Origin: a virus
Taxonomy: Duplodnaviria > Caudoviricetes
Reading direction: 5' to 3' (one strand)
IMG/VR virus record: IMGVR_UViG_3300008107_000072
Location: 1,304-65,303 of that record
DNA: 64,000 bases
Shown: in pieces, positions 38,516-48,342 of the stretch
Position numbering within the stretch: the stretch's first letter is position 1
Layout: the number at the start of each line of letters is the position of its first letter
The notes under the pieces: generated by a model
Databases searched by the model: none
Seen by the model: the letters and a program-made list of their open reading frames with translations, nothing else
What the model was told of the DNA's origin: nothing
Made by a program: the position numbers and the translations under genes

Positions 38516-38817
38516 TGGCATTAGACTTCCCATCTTCACCAACGCTTAATCAGGTATACACTTCAGGAGGCATCTCTTGGAAGTGGAATGGTTATGCTTG
38601 GGATGCTTACAATCCATACAATACAATAAGAAGGTTTGCTCAAAGTGGCTCATTCCTTTATTGTGGAACAGCTTTGTCAGGAAGTAGTGAAAGTGCAAAT
38701 GTGTGGACTATTATAAGATTAACAATAGCAGCAGATGGGAGTGTTAGTGCAACAGCAACAGCACAGCCTGCTGGTGGGGTGACATGGACTGGGTTTGCTG
38801 GGCACGTCTATTCTTAA
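38515..38817 (+). CDS. Small tail-associated protein
   Basis: MALDFPSSPTLNQVY......WKWNG.AW motif. Confidence 0.65.
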   Translation: MALDFPSSPTLNQVYTSGGISWKWNGYAWDAYNPYNTIRRFAQSGSFLYCGTALSGSSESANVWTIIRLTIAADGSVSATATAQPAGGVTWTGFAGHVYS

Positions 38818-38829
38818 ATAAATTAACGT

Positions 38830-40719
38830 ATGGCAGTTAGATGGCTTATTTCTGGGGGTGGTAATTTTTCTTCTACGAGTGTGTGGAATGACGGAACTTT
38901 GCTTGGTATTCCTACAACAGGAGATGATGTGTTCACCAACGGTTTTACCGTTAATATGGACACAAATGCTACTGTAAATAGTTTAAATAATACTGCAAGG
39001 GCAAGGGATATTGCTACACCACTAATGACTGCTAATAATGCTCCAAGTCCATTTGTTATCAATGCAAGTTCAATAGGTAATACAAGCTGGCAACCATATC
39101 TTGCATTTAATAGAAACTATGTTAATAATACAAATCAATTTCAAGCTGCTGCATCTTCTGCTTGGTTATCCGTAAATTACGGCTCACCAAAAGTAATAGT
39201 TCAATATAATATATGGGGTCATTCGAGTGGTGGTAATCCTAACAATTGGACGTTTGAAGGAAGTAGCGATAACGTAAATTGGACTGTATTACATACAGTA
39301 ATAAGTACGGCAGTTCCAACAAACGGTTCATATAATTCACCAAATATTGGAAATACGACCGCTTATCAATATTATAGATTAAATGTTTCTTCTATTGCAA
39401 GTGGAACAGTTGTAATAATAACTGAATTAGAAACATTTGAACAATACACAGCAGCAATAGCATCAGGAGGCTCATTCAATTTCAACACAGCAGGTGTTAC
39501 TGTTAGTGCTACGAGTACATCAGCTTCATTAAGTGCAGGTGCTACAAACCTTATTACTGTCACTGCTACAACAGGAACAGTTACATTGAGTTTGGGGAGT
39601 GCTGTGGCAGGGCTAGGCGGTTCTTCTACTCAGATATTCAACTACACAGGTAATTGCAACTTTACTTTAAATGGTGTAAGATTTACTGGTGGTGGCAATA
39701 CTAATGCTTTTTGTATAAATAAATCATCAACAGGAACTGCTACAATAACAGGGGATTTAGTTGGAGGTGGAGGAGCTTCTTCTAATGGTTTAAACTCAAC
39801 AGCAGGAAACACAGTTGTAATAGGAAGTGTATTTGGTGGTGCAGCAGGTTTTGGCATAAATCAATCAGCAGGAAACATAACAGTAACAGGAAATGTTACA
39901 GGTGGACCAAACGCATCTATTCATGGCATATCCCTAACAGGAGCAGCATCACAATTCACTATTAATGGGGATGTGAGAGGTGGTAGTGGTTCAACTGCTT
40001 ATGGTATTAACTTTGGTGGTACATTAGGAACTGTTAATGGTAATGTTACAGGTGGAGGTGGTTCAAATGGGCATGGTATTTTTTCAAATACGTCAGGCAT
40101 AAATGTAACTGGGGATGTAAGAGGATTTATAGGTTATGGTATTCAAATATCTGGAAGTTGTAATATAATTGGAAATGTATTTGGTGGAAGTGTTTTTCCT
40201 GGAATTGGTAATTTTACAAATAGTTCTTTAACAGTTACAGTAACAGGGGACGTATATTCTTCTGCAACACAAGCAGGAATAGTATTAACAGGTACAGGAA
40301 CACAAGTGGTGAACCTTACAGGAAATATGTACAACACGCTTGGAAGAAGTGCAATCTGGTGTCCTAACGTATTCATCTCTAATACAGCAACAACTCTGTG
40401 GAGAATGGATACAGGAGGTGGTAATTACAAGTTCCTTTATTCAGCAGATAGCACTCCTAATCTTCCTGCTACAACAAACGTAAGAAACGGTGTGACATTT
40501 GGGCCTGCTCTATCTTTAACAGGAACAATGGTGACAGTAAGTGCTGCTAACACAAGAAAGGATGTGCCTACAGACAACACAGTGGGAACAGGAGAGCTGA
40601 CAAGTGCTGACATCATAAGTGGCATTAATGCAAGCTCTAATGACTTAGCTGTAAGACTGAAGAACACCTTGACAGATACAACAGCAGGAAATATTATCTC
40701 ACAATATAATAACTCGTAA
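38830..40719 (+). CDS. Gly-rich beta-solenoid tail spike with a discoidin/F5-8-type C (CBM32-like) insert
   Basis: P.NWTFEGS.D...WT.L....YQYYRLNV insert; repeated TG.V.GG coils; NVR.GV motifs. Confidence 0.7.
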   Translation: MAVRWLISGGGNFSSTSVWNDGTLLGIPTTGDDVFTNGFTVNMDTNATVNSLNNTARARDIATPLMTANNAPSPFVINASSIGNTSWQPYLAFNRNYVNNTNQFQAAASSAWLSVNYGSPKVIVQYNIWGHSSGGNPNNWTFEGSSDNVNWTVLHTVISTAVPTNGSYNSPNIGNTTAYQYYRLNVSSIASGTVVIITELETFEQYTAAIASGGSFNFNTAGVTVSATSTSASLSAGATNLITVTATTGTVTLSLGSAVAGLGGSSTQIFNYTGNCNFTLNGVRFTGGGNTNAFCINKSSTGTATITGDLVGGGGASSNGLNSTAGNTVVIGSVFGGAAGFGINQSAGNITVTGNVTGGPNASIHGISLTGAASQFTINGDVRGGSGSTAYGINFGGTLGTVNGNVTGGGGSNGHGIFSNTSGINVTGDVRGFIGYGIQISGSCNIIGNVFGGSVFPGIGNFTNSSLTVTVTGDVYSSATQAGIVLTGTGTQVVNLTGNMYNTLGRSAIWCPNVFISNTATTLWRMDTGGGNYKFLYSADSTPNLPATTNVRNGVTFGPALSLTGTMVTVSAANTRKDVPTDNTVGTGELTSADIISGINASSNDLAVRLKNTLTDTTAGNIISQYNNS

Positions 40720-42008
40720 TGCCTGATAAATGGCCTTTAGCAAATGGGAACTGGAGTAATGCAGCCAACTGGAACGGTGGAACAAAGCCTGTTGCAGGAG
40801 ATGATGTATATGCAGATGGTAGAACATTGAATGTGGATGAGAGTTTCGATGTGGCTACTTTAAGAACAACACAGAGGAGTGGTGGTACGATAGGAGGTAG
40901 CTTTAACTTTAATACAGCAGGTGTTACAGGAACTGTTACTTCATCATCTCCATTAGTACCAGGTGCTACAAACATGGTTCAGGTGACAGCAACAACAGGA
41001 ACTGTTACGATTAGTTTGGGAGGGAATGTTGCTCCAAGAGCTGCTGGAAATGATGTATTGATTTTGTATAGTGGTAACTGTAACTTAAATATATCTGGTA
41101 CTAATTTTAATGGAGGCTTATCAAATACTACTTGTATAAATAAAACATCAGCTGGTTTAATAACAATTACAGGAAATATGAATGGTGCTAATGGTGGGGC
41201 AAGTAGTGGCTCTAATGCACTTCTGTCTACAAATGGCAACACTGTAATAATAGGCAATGTTACAGGAGGTATAGGTGGAGGTGGCGTTCATAGAGGAGTA
41301 AACCAATCAGCAGGAACACTTACTATTACAGGGAATGTAACAGGTGGTCAGGTAGCAATAAGCAATCAAGGTGTTCTATTTTCAGGAACATCTTTAACTG
41401 TTAATGGGACTATTTTAGGAGGAACAGCATCTGCTGCAATAGGCTCTTCAGCTCCTGTAAACAACATCACAGGAAACGTAACAGGAGGAACTGTAGAAGC
41501 TATTTCTTCTACAACAGCCAATCAAATATCTGTAACAGGTACTGTAACAGCATCTGCTACAGCAGTAGGTATAAGCATGACAAACGCAAACGGTCAAGTG
41601 TATCTAAATGGCAACATGGTGAACAACAACGGTAAGATGGCTATCTATGCTCCTATCGTTTGGCTTGATGCAAACAACACAACACAGGCTGACTTCTTTA
41701 CAAGTGGTGGTGTGGCAAGGACACTCTATTCAGAGGACACAGTGCCTAACACTCCTGCTGCAAACAATGTAAGAAGCGGAACAACATACGGAGCAGGGAA
41801 TAGTCTTGTCGGCACAGTCGTTATGCCAACAGCAGCAAACGTGAGAAACGGTGTGGTTTACGATAACGGAACAACAGGAACAGCCCTATTCACAACATCC
41901 CTATTCCTAACAGAACTATCCTCAAGCACTGTGCCTGTAGCTGTAAGGATGCAAAACCTTTGCACTCCTATGATTCTTGGGGAGCTTATGGAGGCTTATA
42001 AGAAATGA
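40719..42008 (+). CDS. Gly-rich beta-solenoid tail spike, paralog of 38830..40719
   Basis: Shares GDDV, GGSFNFNTAGVT, GATN...VTATTGTVT.SLG, Y.GNCN, CINK.S.G and NQSAG. Confidence 0.7.
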   Translation: MPDKWPLANGNWSNAANWNGGTKPVAGDDVYADGRTLNVDESFDVATLRTTQRSGGTIGGSFNFNTAGVTGTVTSSSPLVPGATNMVQVTATTGTVTISLGGNVAPRAAGNDVLILYSGNCNLNISGTNFNGGLSNTTCINKTSAGLITITGNMNGANGGASSGSNALLSTNGNTVIIGNVTGGIGGGGVHRGVNQSAGTLTITGNVTGGQVAISNQGVLFSGTSLTVNGTILGGTASAAIGSSAPVNNITGNVTGGTVEAISSTTANQISVTGTVTASATAVGISMTNANGQVYLNGNMVNNNGKMAIYAPIVWLDANNTTQADFFTSGGVARTLYSEDTVPNTPAANNVRSGTTYGAGNSLVGTVVMPTAANVRNGVVYDNGTTGTALFTTSLFLTELSSSTVPVAVRMQNLCTPMILGELMEAYKK

Positions 42009-42478
42009 TAACCTTCTATAACATACTAGACCTATACAAAAAGGGAGAGTTGTACTCAGACACTCCTTTATACAGTAAGTCTGGCAGGTTGAGAATGCTG
42101 TCCACTAAAGTATCTTTTCAATTAAGCAATGGTCAAACACTAACAATAGATAAAGGATTTACGTGGGACGAGAGCACTATACCGTGGATACTACAGCCTT
42201 TCTTCCCAAAGAGTGGACTGTACGCAGCAAGTGCCTTAGTTCATGACGCATTGTATTACTTAACAGTACATGATAAGAAGTGGGTTGAGATTGAGTATGT
42301 TAAGTGGATGATGGCCACAGGTGTTAATATGAGGCAGCTATTATTTAGGTACTGGGCGGTGTCTTTATTTGGTTACAGGTGGTGGAATAGGAATGTTAAG
42401 AGCCCGTCAAAACTCTGCTTGAGTAATAGGGAATTAATTAAACTAGAAAAAACCAAAAGTGTTGAATCTATTGACTAA
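42005..42478 (+). CDS. DUF1353-like protein
   Basis: GFTWD...IP...P...Y..A.LVHDALY. Confidence 0.65.
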   Translation: MITFYNILDLYKKGELYSDTPLYSKSGRLRMLSTKVSFQLSNGQTLTIDKGFTWDESTIPWILQPFFPKSGLYAASALVHDALYYLTVHDKKWVEIEYVKWMMATGVNMRQLLFRYWAVSLFGYRWWNRNVKSPSKLCLSNRELIKLEKTKSVESID

Positions 42479-42541
42479 CAGATTACACTTATTTTTAATT
42501 ACTTTGTGTCATACATAAAACACTATTATATCATAAATGGC

Positions 42542-42706
42542 ATGACAAAAATTGAATTAATAGCACTTTGGTTTGGAAGCATACTCGCAGCAGTTACAAG
42601 TAATGCAGTACCAGTAATACTCAGTTGCTTAGCTTCATTAAGCGTAATCATCGCACACAGGAAGCAAGTTGTAGAGTTCATTAATAAAATATTTAAAAAG
42701 AAGTAA
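42542..42706 (+). CDS. Small membrane protein (holin/antiholin candidate)
   Basis: Start moved to ATG 42542; hydrophobic segments and a basic C-terminus. Confidence 0.5.
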   Translation: MTKIELIALWFGSILAAVTSNAVPVILSCLASLSVIIAHRKQVVEFINKIFKKK

Positions 42707-42707
42707 T

Positions 42708-42944
42708 ATGCCGGAATGGTTAAAAAGGCTAACGAAAGCAGATATACGTAACAGCCTTGCGATAGTTATTGTAGTTGGCTGTTTTGGTTTAATGTATCTT
42801 TTACAGATTAAGCCCATCCCTGCTGAGAACCACGACATCGTAAACATCGTTGCAGGGTTTATTTTCGGAGGCGCACTTGCAGGTGTGGTAGGTTATTACT
42901 TCGGAGCTACTAAGCCAGAAAAAAATACAAAAGATGAGAATTGA
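42708..42944 (+). CDS. Holin-like protein
   Basis: Two TM segments ending in VVGYYFGAT, with a charged tail. Confidence 0.65.
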   Translation: MPEWLKRLTKADIRNSLAIVIVVGCFGLMYLLQIKPIPAENHDIVNIVAGFIFGGALAGVVGYYFGATKPEKNTKDEN

Positions 42945-43167
42945 CCGTAAAATGCACTTAGGTGCTGGATGTTTTATTAGCTTTATTTCTCTGATATTTT
43001 TCGAGGCAATTCACGCGCATTGGATGTGGGTAGTGGGAACTGTTGTATTTGCTGCAACATTTAAAGAGCTGAAAGACTGGTACGATTACGGAAAGTTTGA
43101 TATATTTGATTTTATTTATACCATTGCCGGGGGCAGCATTGGAATGGTACTTGCAATATTTACATAG
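42934..43167 (+). CDS. Small membrane protein
   Basis: D...H...G...KE..D......FD..D...T..GG, three hydrophobic segments. Confidence 0.6.
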   Translation: MRIDRKMHLGAGCFISFISLIFFEAIHAHWMWVVGTVVFAATFKELKDWYDYGKFDIFDFIYTIAGGSIGMVLAIFT

Positions 43168-43205
43168 TTGGAAATATACAACAATAAACAACAATAACGG
43201 GTTAT

Positions 43206-43787
43206 ATGTCGAAAATATACATCATTTTTGCGTTTTTTGGGATTACGTTATTTAGTTGCTACACTCCTAAAAAGCTTAATAAGGTAATGAATAAATTACC
43301 TGAAGCAGCCGCAAAAGAATGCGCTGCAAGGTTTCCAATAAAGGAAACTATTGATACTGTAACTGTAATAGATACCGCATTACTCAGAGCTTATGAAATG
43401 GAATTTGGCTACTTGTATAGCATTATTGACTCGCTGGTTGGTGACAAGGTGGACGATTCAACGAAGAGGGAGATTGTAACTGTATTTCAAGAGAAGAAAG
43501 TTCCTATTATTAAGTACAAATACATTACTAAAACGCAGGAGAGTACATCCAAGTGTCAAGTAAAGCTTGACAGCTTAAACAATATTATGAACGATAAAGT
43601 GTTGTATATCAACAAAATATCGAAGGAAAAAGACTCGTACTCATCTAAATATACAGAACAAAAAGACAAGGCTGATAAGTATAAGTCGCAAAGAAATAAA
43701 TTGTATTGGTGGATTATACTACTATTGATATTATTGTTTAGAAAGCCTATCTTAGCGGTAATAAGAAGATTAGTAATTAAATTCTAA
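43206..43787 (+). CDS. Lipoprotein with a C-terminal TM segment (unimolecular-spanin architecture)
   Basis: Lipobox ITLFS-C after a hydrophobic N-terminus, coiled coil, and LYWWIILLLILLF at the C-terminus. Confidence 0.6.
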   Translation: MSKIYIIFAFFGITLFSCYTPKKLNKVMNKLPEAAAKECAARFPIKETIDTVTVIDTALLRAYEMEFGYLYSIIDSLVGDKVDDSTKREIVTVFQEKKVPIIKYKYITKTQESTSKCQVKLDSLNNIMNDKVLYINKISKEKDSYSSKYTEQKDKADKYKSQRNKLYWWIILLLILLFRKPILAVIRRLVIKF

Positions 43788-43791
43788 AAAT

Positions 43792-44094
43792 ATGTTTTTG
43801 ACATTAGCTCCGCTTTCTGAAAGTTTTGATATGTTTATCGCATTGGCTTTCTGTTATCTACCGCCAATCGTTATATTTTATTTTGGATACAGGGCTTCAA
43901 AGAGTGGAAGTATATATAAGAAACAGGTAGAAGGTATGCCTGATGGATTTTACGAGTGGGCTGAATCTGATGATAATGTTTCTTTTTGGAAAACTGCTCA
44001 TTTCTATTTCGGAATTACTTGGATTATATTGGGTAGTATATTCTTTTGGGCTATGCTTTGGCCGGACCATCATGACGTTTGGTTTGTCAAGTAA
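43792..44094 (+). CDS. Membrane protein
   Basis: Two hydrophobic segments. Confidence 0.6.
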   Translation: MFLTLAPLSESFDMFIALAFCYLPPIVIFYFGYRASKSGSIYKKQVEGMPDGFYEWAESDDNVSFWKTAHFYFGITWIILGSIFFWAMLWPDHHDVWFVK

Positions 44095-44115
44095 ATTGTA
44101 CAAAAAACTATAAAT

Positions 44116-44517
44116 ATGCTTACACTAATACTACCTGTATTTGCAGCTATTATCTGTGCAGTTATTGAGTCTATCCGTATCCGTTTTAGCTACGGTGATG
44201 TAGATAATATCAATAAGCTATGGACAATTACAATCGGAGTGGTATTATTTGTAGTGTGTTTAGCTTTATCTGTTAGCTACTACGATGATATAATGCCTGG
44301 AGATGTCCTTTGCTATATGTTATACTATGTAGGCTGGAGGGGAATGATGTATGATGTTACACTTAATCTACTCAGGGGTTTAGATTTTGATTACGTATCA
44401 AATACAACAAACAGCATTATTGATAGGATGTTTGTGCGTAAAGACACATTCTTTGTACTAAAATTTGTTTATCTACTTATAGTTGTTATATTTGGGTACT
44501 TATGGCAGTTGCGTTAA
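44116..44517 (+). CDS. Membrane protein
   Basis: Three to four hydrophobic segments. Confidence 0.6.
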   Translation: MLTLILPVFAAIICAVIESIRIRFSYGDVDNINKLWTITIGVVLFVVCLALSVSYYDDIMPGDVLCYMLYYVGWRGMMYDVTLNLLRGLDFDYVSNTTNSIIDRMFVRKDTFFVLKFVYLLIVVIFGYLWQLR

Positions 44518-44732
44518 TAAAGTACGACCTAAGTAATCCTGATGATAAGTTGGATTATGCAAGGGCAAATGCTAGCTTGAATATGGCTTGTTTCATATTT
44601 GAGGTGCTAATGAATGGAAAGAAAAGATGTTTATCTAAATATGGCGAAAATGCCACAATAGATGATATATGGGATTTTTTATGGGAAACAGCAAAAGATA
44701 ATGGAGTCGAAATAGACAACCTAATCCAATGA
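44502..44732 (+). CDS. Hypothetical protein
   Basis: 76 aa, coupled to its neighbours. Confidence 0.55.
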   Translation: MAVALIKYDLSNPDDKLDYARANASLNMACFIFEVLMNGKKRCLSKYGENATIDDIWDFLWETAKDNGVEIDNLIQ

Positions 44733-45772
44733 CAGCAAAACAAAGGTCTGAACTAGTTATAGACTATTGCAAACAAAACATAGAGTCTAAGGACTACACG
44801 TTAGCAAAGAGGATTTATGATGAAAATAAGTCTGTCTTTAAATCAATCGAAAATATAAGGTCTTTAATTAGGAGGATAAGAGGCCATAGTGGAAATATCC
44901 ATAGGAGTTCTTCAAGAGACAAGTCATTATTCAAGGAGAAAAACTACGACACAACCAATTACAAGCCGTTTAAAGAGGTAATAGAGACAGGGGCTAAGAT
45001 ATTAATATTTGATATTGAAACAGCTCCTATAAGGGCTAAGGTATGGGGTATATGGAATCAGAATATATCTATAGACCAGATAGAAAGCGATTGGTTTATC
45101 TTCACTTGGGCAGCTAAGTGGCTGTTTGAGGATAAGGTTTACTCAGGATGCCTTACATCTAAGGAAGCTATAAGGCAAGATGATAAAAGAATACTTAAAG
45201 GGATATGGGAGCTGTTGAATGAGGCCGACATTGTTGTCGCTCACAACGGTGATAAGTTCGATATACCTAAGCTGAATACTAGGTTTTTACTAGCAGGAAT
45301 GGAACCGCCATTACCTTATCAATCAGTGGATACCCTTAAACATATTAAGAGGAACTTTGCATTTACGTCAAATAAACTGGAGTTCGTTAATCGGATGCTG
45401 GGGTTGCCTAGGAAGTCTAAGCACGAAGGATTCGACCTATGGAGCAAGTGCTATATTGGTGATAGTGAATCACTTAAGAATATGCTTGACTACAATGTTA
45501 ACGATGTCAGAATACTTGAGGAGACATATCTTAGGCTGAGACCTTGGATTAAACCCCACCCAAATACGTCACTATTTATTTTGGATGAACACACATACAG
45601 ATGTCCTACTTGTGGTAGCAAAGACCTTATAGAGCAGGGCAAGAAGTACTACACTACTGTAAATGCTTATAGTCAGTTCAGGTGTGGAAATTGTGGTGCT
45701 ACAGGAAGGAAAAGAATTTCCGATATTGCAATAAAGCAGCGGAGGCATATCCTTTCGAGCAACCCAAAATAA
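44729..45772 (+). CDS. RNase H-like DEDD 3'-5' exonuclease (YprB/RNase_H_2-like) with a C-terminal Zn ribbon
   Basis: IFDIET, VAHNGDKFDIP, YN..DV, CPTC...CGNC. Confidence 0.8.
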   Translation: MTAKQRSELVIDYCKQNIESKDYTLAKRIYDENKSVFKSIENIRSLIRRIRGHSGNIHRSSSRDKSLFKEKNYDTTNYKPFKEVIETGAKILIFDIETAPIRAKVWGIWNQNISIDQIESDWFIFTWAAKWLFEDKVYSGCLTSKEAIRQDDKRILKGIWELLNEADIVVAHNGDKFDIPKLNTRFLLAGMEPPLPYQSVDTLKHIKRNFAFTSNKLEFVNRMLGLPRKSKHEGFDLWSKCYIGDSESLKNMLDYNVNDVRILEETYLRLRPWIKPHPNTSLFILDEHTYRCPTCGSKDLIEQGKKYYTTVNAYSQFRCGNCGATGRKRISDIAIKQRRHILSSNPK

Positions 45773-45778
45773 TAGTAT

Positions 45779-46033
45779 ATGATAGACGAAAAAGAAGTTA
45801 TATCTCCGATAGAGTATGGTGATAATGAATTATTGAATATCATAGACAATCAGTTAATTGTATTATCTACCATTGCTGATATAGCTGATTCTGAATACAG
45901 AACGTATGATGATGAGTTACCAGAGATGAATGTAGTTAAAAAAAATGCTTATAGGATTATACACGCTGCTCAGAAGAAGATTCAGAAGTACATTAAAACA
46001 TACGAGTTTAACATAGAAAATAACGATGAGTAA
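45779..46033 (+). CDS. Hypothetical protein
   Basis: 84 aa. Confidence 0.55.
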   Translation: MIDEKEVISPIEYGDNELLNIIDNQLIVLSTIADIADSEYRTYDDELPEMNVVKKNAYRIIHAAQKKIQKYIKTYEFNIENNDE

Positions 46034-46643
46034 TATGTCATTAGGAATAGATAAGTTAAAAAACAAGATTCCACCTGTTGCTTATGACAGATTAGTGGAT
46101 TCATTATCTAGGACAAAAAGCGTAACTAACAATACTAGGCTAGCTCACTTCCTTTCTCAGGTAGCACATGAGTCTGGCAATTTTAAATTAGTAGTTGAAA
46201 ATCTAAGATATACAGCCAGTAGGTTATTAGTTATATTTCCTAGGCACTTCAAGACTATTGAAGAGGCTAGACGATATGCTTTGAATCCTGAAGCTATAGC
46301 TAATAGAGCATACGCCAATCGTATTGGAAATGGGAACGAAGCTTCTGGAGACGGATATAGGTACAGGGGAAGAGGGTACTTACAACTCACCGGAAAGGCT
46401 AACTATAAATCTTTTAGCGACTACGTAAAAGAAGATTGCGTAATTTCACCAGACCTAGTAGCTACCAAATATCCTATGGATAGTGCTATGTGGTTCTTCG
46501 ATAAGAATAGGTTGTGGAGCTTGTGCGATAAAGACGACAACGCTAGTGTTTTAGCTGTTACTAAGAGGGTTAACGGAGGCACTAATGGTCTTGCTGACAG
46601 GCTTACTAAGTTCAGTTTCTTTATGAAGTATTTAAACAGCTGA
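46026..46643 (+). CDS. Endolysin, glycoside hydrolase family 19
   Basis: HFLSQVAHES, YRGRGYLQLTG..NY, VNGGTNGL.DR. Confidence 0.92.
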   Translation: MSNMSLGIDKLKNKIPPVAYDRLVDSLSRTKSVTNNTRLAHFLSQVAHESGNFKLVVENLRYTASRLLVIFPRHFKTIEEARRYALNPEAIANRAYANRIGNGNEASGDGYRYRGRGYLQLTGKANYKSFSDYVKEDCVISPDLVATKYPMDSAMWFFDKNRLWSLCDKDDNASVLAVTKRVNGGTNGLADRLTKFSFFMKYLNS

Positions 46644-46654
46644 CTTCATTTTGT

Positions 46655-46683
46655 AGTCAACTGGTTACAATTTGTAACCGACT
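46655..46683. terminator. Hairpin at the convergence of the two transcription directions
   Basis: GGTTACAA-T-TTGTAACC (46663-46679) flanked by AGTC/GACT. Confidence 0.55.
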
Positions 46684-46697
46684 CATTTAGACATTTA

Positions 46698-47018
46698 TTA
46701 CATATTTTGTCTATATTTTTGGTTATAATATTGTTCTGCATCGTTGATATGATTACAGTTAGCGTCTTCATGTCCTGCGTTATACGCGTCAATTATATGG
46801 CTCTTAATAGTTGAATTTGGGTCTATTGGGTCATATACTTTTAATAAAACAGGCGTATATAAATATTTAACCATCTCCCTTCCTTCCATCATATTAGCTT
46901 CTAATATTTCTTCTTGCATCATTCTAGAGATGTGTTTACCGAATTTCTCTTCGTATTGTTTTACTATCCAATTTACTGGAGTAAGATTTTTTTCTAATAA
47001 TTCTACTGATGTTTGCAT
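46698..47018 (-). CDS. Hypothetical protein (MQTSVE...AEQYY family)
   Basis: MQT.VE...A..ME...IIDAY..G......AEQYY motifs common in Bacteroidota phages. Confidence 0.65.
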   Translation of the reverse strand: MQTSVELLEKNLTPVNWIVKQYEEKFGKHISRMMQEEILEANMMEGREMVKYLYTPVLLKVYDPIDPNSTIKSHIIDAYNAGHEDANCNHINDAEQYYNQKYRQNM

Positions 47019-47250
47019 AACTTATTTTTTTAAATGTTATTATCTATTTCCCAAAAAGAAAACCAAGTATAAAGTATATTACTTCTTCCATATTTTAATT
47101 ATTTAACCGATAAAAATAAGGCTTTTAAAACCCACCGATTAGGCAAGGAAACTCAGCCTTGTAGTTTTTTGCTTCTTTGTTCGGATTTATTCCGAAGTTA
47201 AGTGTCTTTTTTTGCATAAAGTAGCGGTTATCGGTACTTATTGCATTATT

Positions 47251-47316
47251 TTACTTTATATCCTTTTGGGTATAATACCTTCCGGTATAATTACTTTATA
47301 CCCGATTGCGTATAAT
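47251..47316. repeat. Two 26-nt direct repeats, each an imperfect palindrome
   Basis: TTACTTTATA-TCCTTTTGGG-TATAAT (47251) and TTACTTTATA-CCCGATTGCG-TATAAT (47291). Confidence 0.7.
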
Positions 47317-47725
47317 TATAGATATACACCTCAAGTATATCATCCGACTTCGGTGCTAACCTTTTGTAGCTTGACGTTATCTTGGCTATGAACTTGACGT
47401 TGTCATCCGGCACTATCCCATTACCCTTTATCAAATCTAACAGTACCTTTAGCCAGTACCCTGCCTTGTTGTCTAGGTCAAATGTATGCTTTGCAGAGTG
47501 GTAAACTATTTCTATGCTCAACGGATAGTTGCTTGGATTAACCTGTTTCAAATTAGGCTTTATCACGCTGAGAAGATATAGTTTACTCCACTCCACAAGT
47601 TTCTTTCTGACAGCCCAGTGAACACCACCATAAAACAAATTGTTTGTCAAGTAGTACGACTTACTGCCTACTGTCATTTTACTAGGCACATCAGGATACA
47701 ATGCGTATAATAGTATTTCAGCCAT
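47291..47725 (-). CDS. RusA-like Holliday junction resolvase
   Basis: DLDNK....K..LD......I.DDN. Confidence 0.7.
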   Translation of the reverse strand: MAEILLYALYPDVPSKMTVGSKSYYLTNNLFYGGVHWAVRKKLVEWSKLYLLSVIKPNLKQVNPSNYPLSIEIVYHSAKHTFDLDNKAGYWLKVLLDLIKGNGIVPDDNVKFIAKITSSYKRLAPKSDDILEVYIYNYTQSGIK

Positions 47726-48071
47726 GAATAAGTGCGCTAAATGGTATAAGAATAATTTTAGATGTCATATTATCTCCTCCCAAAGCAAAACCTTTTGACT
47801 TGTAGTACTGCCTTGATAGTTCCTTAAGTCGGTTAATTTCAACAATTATGGTGCATTTGTTTGGAATATAAAACACCCAGTGGTCTGCCTTAGTAACAGC
47901 TATGCCGGAAGGCTTACCTCTTGACTCAAATTCTACAGCTATATTGCCAGTGTTTTTAGTCATAAAGTCTGTCTTCACCTCTACCTTCTCGCATAGCAAC
48001 AAACATCTTACACTATTCTCACCTTCTATACCAGTAGATAAGTCTAGGTCAAAGTCGCTTTTAAAATTCAT
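47718..48071 (-). CDS. PD-(D/E)XK nuclease-like protein
   Basis: EVKTD....TGNIAVEFE.RGKPSGI..TKAD.W. Confidence 0.65.
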   Translation of the reverse strand: MNFKSDFDLDLSTGIEGENSVRCLLLCEKVEVKTDFMTKNTGNIAVEFESRGKPSGIAVTKADHWVFYIPNKCTIIVEINRLKELSRQYYKSKGFALGGDNMTSKIILIPFSALIHG

Positions 48072-48342
48072 TTTCTGCTAGGATTTTATAGTAGTAATAC
48101 TCTGCATCAAAGACGTTCTTTTTAATGATAGCCCTTTCTATTTGCTTAGTAAGTTTAGGAGAAGATTCAGGATAGTACATAAACCCTGTCAAATGGTTGC
48201 AGAATCCTTCTATCTCCCAGTTGGTTACAGTCTCATCTCCTACCGTGTTTGGCTTATAGATTGCTATGTTTACGCTGTATATAGCGTCATCTGACTTTAT
48301 TACCTGAACGAGTCTTACAAAGTCAGGCAACCTCTTTGTCAT
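48061..48342 (-). CDS. Hypothetical protein
   Basis: 93 aa, coupled. Confidence 0.55.
   Translation of the reverse strand: MTKRLPDFVRLVQVIKSDDAIYSVNIAIYKPNTVGDETVTNWEIEGFCNHLTGFMYYPESSPKLTKQIERAIIKKNVFDAEYYYYKILAENEF

Noticed and set aside
36243-42008. Diversity-generating retroelement or invertase shuffling of tail fibres
   Set aside because: No reverse transcriptase or recombinase and no near-identical TR/VR pair seen; paralog similarity is diffuse.
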